The notes beneath the pieces were generated by a model. That model searched no databases. It saw nothing but the letters and a program-made list of their open reading frames with translations, and was not told the origin of the DNA. This document shows positions 9,493-17,150 of a stretch of DNA of 64,000 nt, piece after piece (position 1 is the stretch's first letter; each line of letters starts with the position of its first letter). Position numbers and translations under genes: made by a program. Source of the DNA: an uncultured virus (IMG/VR IMGVR_UViG_3300021957_000019) (taxonomy: Duplodnaviria > Heunggongvirae > Uroviricota > Caudoviricetes); IMG/VR virus record IMGVR_UViG_3300021957_000019; one strand, 5' to 3'.

Positions 9493-9953
9493 AAAAGAAA
9501 CTTATAAAAGAATTGAACACAATAAAATCTCGTATGGGGTTAGTTGTTGAACAAGAAGATGTAACTAATCCCATCGGCCTTAAAGTTATGGTTTATTATA
9601 ACTTACATAAAAAAACATTTTCAGTACAGTACGATGGTAGAATTATATTGTACGCTGATTATGTTAAATTAAAAGATGTGGAGTTTAGAGTAAGAGAGGG
9701 TGGTAAGGAAAAAGTTAGAAAAGAAATGAGGAAAAATGTTCACGCCTTTGTCATCGGAACTTTACTCGATTATTGTGAATGGCCTTGTGAGAATATGCCT
9801 CCCGAAACAAATGATAAAGTAATTACTTACAATCCATATAAGTACGATTCTTTTGTAAGAAAGGATACTGAAGAACCAATTTATAATGCAAATGAAATCG
9901 ACATGATTAATACAAAAAATAAAATATTCCATATTAATGAAATTGTAGGTTAA
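9489..9953 (+). CDS. conserved hypothetical phage protein with an N-terminal leader
   Basis: The core 'VYYNLHKKTFSV...V.L.DVEFRV..GG...VR.E.RKNVHAFVIG...YNPYKY.SFV' resembles a widespread phage family. It is preceded by a ~30-aa KKLIKE...LVVEQE extension. Confidence 0.65.
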   Translation: MKKKLIKELNTIKSRMGLVVEQEDVTNPIGLKVMVYYNLHKKTFSVQYDGRIILYADYVKLKDVEFRVREGGKEKVRKEMRKNVHAFVIGTLLDYCEWPCENMPPETNDKVITYNPYKYDSFVRKDTEEPIYNANEIDMINTKNKIFHINEIVG

Positions 9954-11002
9954 TGGCGTTTCCAAAAAAAATAAAAAAGGATTTAAAAATCACTCCCGAC
10001 AAAATTTTATTAGAAAGGAGGGAGCAACTTCTTGAGTATATTCAAGAAAATGGTACGTACTTACCCAAAAGCGTTTTACATGCTGACTTAGACCGAGGTA
10101 TGTTAGATTTTGTAAAGGAAGATTTAGAAATGTCTGCTGACGGTAAAACCGTAAACCCTATTGATATTATTATTACCACTCAGAATTGGGCTCAGTTTAC
10201 TGAAACGTGGAGGTTTCAGGATTTAGATAAAAATATTAAACCCCCTTTTATTGCCACAGTAAGACAGCCTGAAGTGAAATACGGTTCAAATCCATCACTT
10301 CAATACACCATACCTAATAGGAAACAATTTTATTACGCAAAGGTTCCAACATGGGACGGTCAAAGGAAAGGTATGGATATATACAAAATACCACAACCCG
10401 TACCTGTAGACATTACATATAATATAAAAATATTTTGTACTAAGATGAGACATTTAAATGAGTTTAATAAACTTGTTTTACAAAAATTCTCATCAAGACA
10501 GGCGTATACATTTGTTAAAGGTCACTACGTTCCTATTATTTTAGATAGTATATCTGATGAATCAGTATTAGATATTGAGAAAAGAAAGTACTACATTCAA
10601 AACTACACATTTACAATGTTAGGGTTTTTAATTGATGAAGAGGAGTTTGAAATAGTACCCGCTATTACGAGGGCATTAACATTGTATGAGGTCGGAGTAG
10701 ACACTAAGTCAAGACGTGCAAAAAAACACCCCCAAAACCCACAGAATTTTGATTTAGATATTTTATTCTTATCGGGTGTGACTAGTTTATCTGAAGTTTA
10801 CCCTTATAAGATAGATTTAAATTTTTTAGACACAATTAATGTCGACGAATATTCAGTTTATATAAATAATAATTACATGGGGGACGACCTATCATCAATT
10901 GAGATAAATACTAACGACACTATTAAGATAGATGTTGTTAAGTTAGACCCTACAAAAGAGTCAATTATAAAGTCTAAGGCGCATATACCTTACAGTACTT
11001 AA
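9953..11002 (+). CDS. tail terminator / sheath-stabiliser-like protein (gp15-like)
   Basis: 'IPQPVPVDITYNIKIF....HLNEFN..VLQKF' pattern and its position just before the sheath gene. Confidence 0.6.
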   Translation: MAFPKKIKKDLKITPDKILLERREQLLEYIQENGTYLPKSVLHADLDRGMLDFVKEDLEMSADGKTVNPIDIIITTQNWAQFTETWRFQDLDKNIKPPFIATVRQPEVKYGSNPSLQYTIPNRKQFYYAKVPTWDGQRKGMDIYKIPQPVPVDITYNIKIFCTKMRHLNEFNKLVLQKFSSRQAYTFVKGHYVPIILDSISDESVLDIEKRKYYIQNYTFTMLGFLIDEEEFEIVPAITRALTLYEVGVDTKSRRAKKHPQNPQNFDLDILFLSGVTSLSEVYPYKIDLNFLDTINVDEYSVYINNNYMGDDLSSIEINTNDTIKIDVVKLDPTKESIIKSKAHIPYST

Positions 11003-11149
11003 TCACTCCCCGTATATATCTGTTGAGTCTTTACAAGTATCCTCAATTAACTTTTCAATAAACTTGTACATTTTCAAACCTTTCTTATTACAGTAACTCT
11101 TTAGTAGTGAGTGATGTTCTTCAGATATTTTTAAGTTTTTGATTTTCAT
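11003..11149 (-). CDS. small ribbon-helix-helix-like DNA-binding protein (not in ORF track)
   Basis: Translated by hand: MKIKNLKISEEHHSLLKSYCNKKGLKMYKFIEKLIEDTCKDSTDIYGE* (48 aa). It has an alternating beta-strand, a helix, a G turn and a second helix. Confidence 0.7.
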   Translation of the reverse strand: MKIKNLKISEEHHSLLKSYCNKKGLKMYKFIEKLIEDTCKDSTDIYGE

Positions 11150-11287
11150 ACGTAGGGTTTTTTAATAAGGCAGAAAAAAGGTAGAAAAAAGTATGCCTAA
11201 TAAATAAATATACGTTATACGTATTTGTCCTTTCGGTTTTTACATAATATTTATCAAATAAATAAATTAAAATAGAAACTAATTAAT

Positions 11288-14200
11288 ATGGCAGACAAAG
11301 TATTCGTATCTCCAGGTGTATACACATCAGAAAGAGATTTAAGTTTTGTAGCTCAAAGTGTTGGTGTAACTACATTAGGTATTGTTGGTGAAACTCAGTC
11401 AGGTCCTGCGTTTGAACCCATTTTTATAACAAACTTCGATGAGTTCACTGCATATTTTGGCGGTACAAGCCCAACCAAATTTATAAACACTCAGATTCCA
11501 AAATATGAAGCAGCATACATTGCTAAGGCATATTTACAACAATCAAATCAACTTTTTGTAACTCGTATACTTGGTTTGTCAGGTTATGATGCGGGTCCGG
11601 CTTGGTCAATATCAACCGTAGGTAATCTTAAAAAAGATACCGTAGTTGGTACAAGTAACGCAGGTCCATTTACAGTGACTTTCAGTGGTGTGTCAGGAAC
11701 TAGTGCGTCGACAACAATCACTAATTATAGTGATTTACCGGCATATATTGAAAATTACTTCTCATTACCTTACACCACATTTAGTGGAGGTGTGAGTACA
11801 ATTGAAGACGATTTTAAAACAAGTCTTTATAATGATATAGTAGACCCATCGAACTCAGGTAAAACTGCTTATATGTTCGGTACGGTAAGTGGAGATACCT
11901 ACGACATTATTACAGGAACGTCAAATTGGACGGGTAGTACTAACGTATTTGGTGTCGACGGATTAACTATCGATACCGCGGATTTTGAAGCGTCTGAAAA
12001 TGACTCTTGGTATTACGCTTTATTCCCATACGATTCTACAGACCAAGACTACTCAGGTGTAGGTTTCGGTCTAATCGTTACAGGTCTTACAAATACGTCA
12101 GGTGATAACTATACGGGTACTGCTGTTGTTTATGACACAACTTACTCAGGTACTGTAATTACTGATTACCATAACATGGTGATTTCAACATTACGTTCAA
12201 GAGGTATCTCAACATATAGTAATGATGATGGACCAGTATATGAAGTATCGGGATTAACTGATGTTACTATTAATAGTAGTGAGGCGTATTCAGGAATTAC
12301 AAACAATCCATTTGCAACCTTCCAATTATCAGGTATAACTAGTGATTCAGAAACATTTACTTTCGATACCTCATTCACATTAAGTGACCCTAATTTCTTA
12401 AGTAAGGTATTAGGTCAATCTAACTTCGGTAAAGATAGAAACGATGTACCTTTAATGGTAGGAGAACTTTATTATAACTTATTAAATACAGGTTATAGAC
12501 AAGGTAAAATCAGAGGATTAAACACCAATTTATTACCATTTAATGGTGCTAGAACAGACACCGATAACACAGGTATCGGTTGGTATTTAGATAGATACCA
12601 AACTCCATTCACTCCATATGTGGTTTCTGAATTAAGAGGTAATGAGGTATTTAACCTATTTAAGTTTATCTCAATTTCAGATGGTAGTGGTGCGAACAGA
12701 GAAATAAAAGTATCAATCGCAAACATTTCATTCAATAATTTAACTTTCGATATAGTTGTAAGAGATTTTTATGACACTGACTCAAGTCCCGTGGTCTTAG
12801 AGAAATTCACAAACTGTACAATGGACCCAAATCTTAATAGTTTTGTAGCTAAAAAAGTAGGTACGGCAAATGGAGACTTCGAATTAAAGTCTCGTTATAT
12901 TATGTTAGAGATTAATGAAGAAGCACCAATAGACGCTTTACCATGTGGTTTTAGAGGTTATCAAACAAGACAGTATAAAAATTATAAGTCACCTCATCTA
13001 ATATATAAGACAAAGTATAACACACCAGGTGAAATTATTGCTAACCCACCATTCGGAACACAGGGAGGTGATAATGTAACAAGAAGTTCAGGAGATAATC
13101 CAAGAAGAGTTTATTTGGGTGTGTCAAATACTGTTGGTATCGACGTTGATTTTGCATCTTACAAAGGTAAACAAAACCCAACTGACTTAGCAACAGCAAC
13201 TGAATCATCACCATGGGCAGTACTAACTAAAGGATTCCATATGGATTCAGGAGCGACTGTAATAACAATCTCAAGTCAATGGACTACTTCAGGTGAAACC
13301 GCGTTCGACGTTGGTGATGCATCGTTTAGAAGTGAACCAGGTGATACGTCACCATACTATAGATTAAACTCACGTAAGTTTACATTAATACCCACAGGTG
13401 GTTTTGATGGTTGGGATATATACAGAGAATATCGTACTAACGGAGATAGATTCATATTAGGTAACAGTGGATACCTCAAAGGAGCGGCAACGTCCATAAG
13501 ATTCCCAACCGCAACAGGATGGGGAGCATTTAAGACAATAACTGGTCCTGACAAACAAGATTGGGGAAATACTGATTACTACGCTTACTTATGGGGTCAG
13601 TCTACATTTGTTAACCCTGAATCGGTAAACATTAATGTATTCACAACACCAGGTATTGATTATGTAAACAACTCAAACCTTGTAGAGGAGGCAATAGACC
13701 TTATTGAAACAGACAGAGCAGACTCAATCTACGTTTGTACTACTCCTGATTACAATATGTTTGTTAATACAACTTCAGACTTTACAGGTAACTTTATCTA
13801 TCCACAAGAATCAACTGAAAACCTTGAAGATACGGGTATTGATTCTAACTACACCGCTACTTACTACCCTTGGATTTTAACGAGAGACACCGTTAATAAT
13901 ACACAAATATACCTACCACCAACGGCAGAGGTTGTTAGAAACTTAGCACTAACCGATAATATCGCATTCCCTTGGTTCGCATCAGCGGGTTACACAAGAG
14001 GTTTGGTTAATGGTATTAAAGCACGTAAGAAGTTAACACAAGATGATAGAGATATCTTATACAAAGGTAGAATTAATCCGATTGCAACTTTCTCAGATGT
14101 GGGAACTGTAATATGGGGTAATAAAACTACTCAAGTTAAAGAGTCTGCACTCGACAGAATTAACGTTAGAAGATTGTTATTACAAGCTCGTAAGTTAATT

Positions 14201-14464
14201 TCAGCGGTGGCAGTAAGACTATTGTTCGAACAAAATGACGACCAAGTAAGACAAGAATTCTTGGATTCAGTAAACCCAATCTTAGATTCAATCAGAAGAG
14301 ATAGAGGTTTAATTGACTTTAGAGTCGTAGTTCAGAACACTCCTGAGGATTTAGATAATAATACATTAGTAGGAAAAATTTATCTAAAACCAACAAGAGC
14401 ATTAGAATTTATTGATATCGAATTCTTAATCACACCGACAGGTGCATCATTTGAAGATATCTGA
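11288..14464 (+). CDS. contractile tail sheath protein (gp18-like)
   Basis: N-terminal VSPGVYTSERD; C-terminal YTATYYPW, WFASAGYTRG, INPI, VIWGNKT, LDRINVRRLL, FEQND and KPTRALEFI. Confidence 0.96.
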   Translation: MADKVFVSPGVYTSERDLSFVAQSVGVTTLGIVGETQSGPAFEPIFITNFDEFTAYFGGTSPTKFINTQIPKYEAAYIAKAYLQQSNQLFVTRILGLSGYDAGPAWSISTVGNLKKDTVVGTSNAGPFTVTFSGVSGTSASTTITNYSDLPAYIENYFSLPYTTFSGGVSTIEDDFKTSLYNDIVDPSNSGKTAYMFGTVSGDTYDIITGTSNWTGSTNVFGVDGLTIDTADFEASENDSWYYALFPYDSTDQDYSGVGFGLIVTGLTNTSGDNYTGTAVVYDTTYSGTVITDYHNMVISTLRSRGISTYSNDDGPVYEVSGLTDVTINSSEAYSGITNNPFATFQLSGITSDSETFTFDTSFTLSDPNFLSKVLGQSNFGKDRNDVPLMVGELYYNLLNTGYRQGKIRGLNTNLLPFNGARTDTDNTGIGWYLDRYQTPFTPYVVSELRGNEVFNLFKFISISDGSGANREIKVSIANISFNNLTFDIVVRDFYDTDSSPVVLEKFTNCTMDPNLNSFVAKKVGTANGDFELKSRYIMLEINEEAPIDALPCGFRGYQTRQYKNYKSPHLIYKTKYNTPGEIIANPPFGTQGGDNVTRSSGDNPRRVYLGVSNTVGIDVDFASYKGKQNPTDLATATESSPWAVLTKGFHMDSGATVITISSQWTTSGETAFDVGDASFRSEPGDTSPYYRLNSRKFTLIPTGGFDGWDIYREYRTNGDRFILGNSGYLKGAATSIRFPTATGWGAFKTITGPDKQDWGNTDYYAYLWGQSTFVNPESVNINVFTTPGIDYVNNSNLVEEAIDLIETDRADSIYVCTTPDYNMFVNTTSDFTGNFIYPQESTENLEDTGIDSNYTATYYPWILTRDTVNNTQIYLPPTAEVVRNLALTDNIAFPWFASAGYTRGLVNGIKARKKLTQDDRDILYKGRINPIATFSDVGTVIWGNKTTQVKESALDRINVRRLLLQARKLISAVAVRLLFEQNDDQVRQEFLDSVNPILDSIRRDRGLIDFRVVVQNTPEDLDNNTLVGKIYLKPTRALEFIDIEFLITPTGASFEDI

Positions 14465-14472
14465 TAATTATT

Positions 14473-14505
14473 AAATGGGGGTCAGTTAATCTGTCCCCCA
14501 TTTTT
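14473..14505 (+). terminator. intrinsic terminator after the sheath gene
   Basis: aaatgggggtcag-ttaat-ctgtcccccattttt forms a stem-loop with a T tract. Confidence 0.7.
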
Positions 14506-14540
14506 AGCCTTTAATTAAACGTTTAATAAAAAATAAAGAA

Positions 14541-14678
14541 ATGGAATTCAAAAAGAAAATTTTAAGAGAGTCTATGGAAATCGAGAGTAATGGGGTAAAT
14601 ACCTATTCTGAGAAACCTCAGAACATTGTTATGACCGAAGCACAATTAGAAAGACTAATTCAGAATCTTAATAAGTAA
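14541..14678 (+). CDS. small hypothetical protein (not in ORF track)
   Basis: MEFKKKILRESMEIESNGVNTYSEKPQNIVMTEAQLERLIQNLNK* (45 aa) fills the gap after an A-rich leader and ends 5 nt before the next ATG. Confidence 0.65.
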   Translation: MEFKKKILRESMEIESNGVNTYSEKPQNIVMTEAQLERLIQNLNK

Positions 14679-14683
14679 AAGAT

Positions 14684-15532
14684 ATGAGTCTAAAACAGAT
14701 TATAAGAAAAAACCTCAATAACATTTTAGTTAGTGAAGGTATAGAAGACGGTAATCCCGACCACAAGTATTACGCTTTTGATTGGGACGATAATATCGTA
14801 ACTATGCCAACTCAAATCATGTTAGTTGCTGATGATGGTCATGAGGTAGGTATGTCTACTGAAGATTTCGCGGAATATAGACAAAGAATAGGTGGAGAAC
14901 CTTTTGAATATAAAGGTGAACTAATTGTCGGATACGCAGAAAATCCTTACAGAAATTTCGGTGTAGAAGGTGATAAAAGATTTATTGTCGACTCTATGTT
15001 AGCGGAGCCGGGACCATCGTGGAGTGATTTTGTAGAGTGTATCAACGGAGGTTCTATTTTTGCGATTATAACCGCTAGAGGTCATACACCATCTGTTTTA
15101 AAAGATGCAATCTACAATATGATTGTTACAAACCATAATGGAATTAATTCACAGACCCTTATCGGGAACCTTAAAGAATATCGTGATTTGTCAGGAGAGG
15201 TCTTAAAAGACGACCAACTTCTTATAAAAGAATATTTAGACATGTGTAAGTATAACCCCGTTACTTATGGTGAAGGTTCAGCATCTAATCCTGAAGAAGG
15301 TAAAATAAAAGCTTTAAGAGAATTTATAAACTATGTTAAATATCAAAGCCAGAAACTAGGACAAAAAGTAACATTTACTAATGATGTAAAGAATAACTTT
15401 GTTCCTTTAATTGGTTTTTCTGATGATGACCCAGGAAATATTGAATCAATAAAGAAGTTTTTAGATAAAGAATATGAAGAAAGCCCAGTAAAAACTTATT
15501 TAACTAAAGGTGGAGATAAATTAGAAGTATAA
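14684..15532 (+). CDS. HAD-superfamily phosphatase-like protein
   Basis: Motif I FDWDDNI, motif II IITARG, motif III K (EEGKIKAL) and motif IV GFSDDD. Confidence 0.75.
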   Translation: MSLKQIIRKNLNNILVSEGIEDGNPDHKYYAFDWDDNIVTMPTQIMLVADDGHEVGMSTEDFAEYRQRIGGEPFEYKGELIVGYAENPYRNFGVEGDKRFIVDSMLAEPGPSWSDFVECINGGSIFAIITARGHTPSVLKDAIYNMIVTNHNGINSQTLIGNLKEYRDLSGEVLKDDQLLIKEYLDMCKYNPVTYGEGSASNPEEGKIKALREFINYVKYQSQKLGQKVTFTNDVKNNFVPLIGFSDDDPGNIESIKKFLDKEYEESPVKTYLTKGGDKLEV

Positions 15533-15601
15533 TTTATAACTGCTGGAATAAGATTTTACAGATAAAAAAATAAAAGTAAAGAGAAAAAAGTTCTGAGCTG
15601 A

Positions 15602-15609
15602 TATTTATA
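15602..15609 (+). promoter_or_regulatory. TATTTAT(A) putative late-promoter motif (representative copy, upstream of the tube gene)
   Basis: The same motif sits on the coding strand 4-35 nt upstream of at least 11 gene starts (see findings). Confidence 0.55.
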
Positions 15610-15643
15610 ATTAAATAAACAAGAAATTTAAAACCAAAATACT

Positions 15644-16132
15644 ATGGCTGATTTATTAATGAAAATGCCCGTACCGTATGAGCCGAAAAGGAAAAATAGA
15701 TTTGTTCTTACTTTCCCTTCATCATTAGGTATAAACTCATGGTACGTTGAGTCTACTTCAAGACCTAATGTCCAAATTAATTCGACTGAGATTCCATTCT
15801 TAAACACATCTACTTACGTTGCAGGTAGATTTACATGGAATACTATTAATGTAACGTTCAGAGACCCAATAGGACCTTCTGCTTCACAAGCATTAATGGA
15901 ATGGGTAAGATTAACTGCAGAATCGGTTACAGGTCGTATGGGTTACGCTGCGGGTTATAAAAAAGATTTAGACTTGGAAATGTTAGACCCTACAGGTGTC
16001 GCTGTGGAGAAGTGGATTTTACAAGGAACATTCTTAACAGATGTTAATTTCGATAGTTTAGGATATAGTGATGATGCGTTAGCAACAATTACCGCGACAC
16101 TACGTCCTGATAGATGTATTTTGGTTTACTAA
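15644..16132 (+). CDS. tail tube protein (gp19-like)
   Basis: 'EPKRKNRF', 'YVAGRFTWNTINVTFRDPI', 'EW', 'YKKDL.LEMLDPTG..VEKWIL.G.F' and 'I..TLR.D'. Confidence 0.92.
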   Translation: MADLLMKMPVPYEPKRKNRFVLTFPSSLGINSWYVESTSRPNVQINSTEIPFLNTSTYVAGRFTWNTINVTFRDPIGPSASQALMEWVRLTAESVTGRMGYAAGYKKDLDLEMLDPTGVAVEKWILQGTFLTDVNFDSLGYSDDALATITATLRPDRCILVY

Positions 16133-16166
16133 TACTATTGATAAAAAAATAATAGTTTGTATAATT

Positions 16167-16199
16167 AACCATAGGGTTCATTCCCTATGGTTTTTTTTT
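16167..16199 (+). terminator. intrinsic terminator after the tube gene
   Basis: aaccataggg-ttcatt-ccctatggtt followed by a T run. Confidence 0.85.
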
Positions 16200-16206
16200 A
16201 CACAAT

Positions 16207-16956
16207 ATGGAAGAAGCAAGACAATACGGACAACAAGACTTTAATTTACCTCACGATGTGATGACATTACCATCGCAAGGTAAATTCTATAAGAACAAAA
16301 AGAAGAGTGTTAAGGTTGGATACCTTACTGCTCAGGATGAGAACATTCTAATATCAAATACAGGTGGGGATGATTTAATCCGTAAGTTAATAAAGTCTAA
16401 AGTTTATGAACCCGATTTTATTGTAGATGATTTATTAGAGGGTGACATGGAGTCAATTATGATTTTCTTACGTAACACCGCATTTGGTCCTGAGTATAAT
16501 TTTACTTTGTCAGACCCAAAAACATCAAAAACATTTCAAACAGCAGTAAGATTAGATGAGTTAAATATTACTGAAGTAAAAAATGAACCAAACTCAGACG
16601 GTGTATTTGAGTTTAAGTTACCAAAGTCAGGAAATAACGTAAAATGTAAGTTACTGACTATTGGGGACATAAAAGAATTGAATGATACGTTTGACCAATA
16701 CCCACAAGGGGTAGTGGCTCCTGTAGTTACCAATAGACTCGAAAGACATATAGTCAGTGTTGATGGTAATGAAAGTAGAGAGGAGATTTCAAAATTCGTA
16801 TTAAACTTACCTATCTCTGATTCTAAATTTATCAGAAATTATCTCAACGACTGTGAACCAAAATTGGATTTACGGAGACAAGTTACCGCCCCGTCAGGAG
16901 AAAAAGTGGATGTGAGAGTCACTTTTGGGGCGGAGTTTTTTCGGCCTTTCTTCTGA
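16207..16956 (+). CDS. tail/baseplate assembly chaperone (T4 gp26-like)
   Basis: 'LPSQGKFY', 'LTAQDENIL', 'LL.GD...I.IFLR..AFG.EY' and 'LP.SG..V...LLT.GD'; it lies between the tube and tape-measure genes. Confidence 0.75.
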   Translation: MEEARQYGQQDFNLPHDVMTLPSQGKFYKNKKKSVKVGYLTAQDENILISNTGGDDLIRKLIKSKVYEPDFIVDDLLEGDMESIMIFLRNTAFGPEYNFTLSDPKTSKTFQTAVRLDELNITEVKNEPNSDGVFEFKLPKSGNNVKCKLLTIGDIKELNDTFDQYPQGVVAPVVTNRLERHIVSVDGNESREEISKFVLNLPISDSKFIRNYLNDCEPKLDLRRQVTAPSGEKVDVRVTFGAEFFRPFF

Positions 16957-17128
16957 ATATAGAGTCGCGCTGCTCGACGAAATCTATTACTTATCAAAAC
17001 ATGTTAACTTCACATATGGAGATGTGATGAATATGCCTACATACGAAAGAAAATACTTCATTAATAAATTGGCAGAGGAGTTCGACAAACAAAGAGAAGA
17101 GATGGACAAAAGAAAATCCAAAAGGTAA
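16925..17128 (+). CDS. small chaperone-like ORF (gp51/GT-like), probably expressed by frameshift from the upstream gene
   Basis: 'EIYYL.....FTY.DV..MP.YERKYFI..L' pattern. It overlaps the upstream ORF in the +1 frame across TTTTTTC and has no good start before the conserved part. Confidence 0.65.
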   Translation: MGRSFFGLSSEYRVALLDEIYYLSKHVNFTYGDVMNMPTYERKYFINKLAEEFDKQREEMDKRKSKR

Positions 17129-17150
17129 ATATTTATGTTAAAGTAACGTA

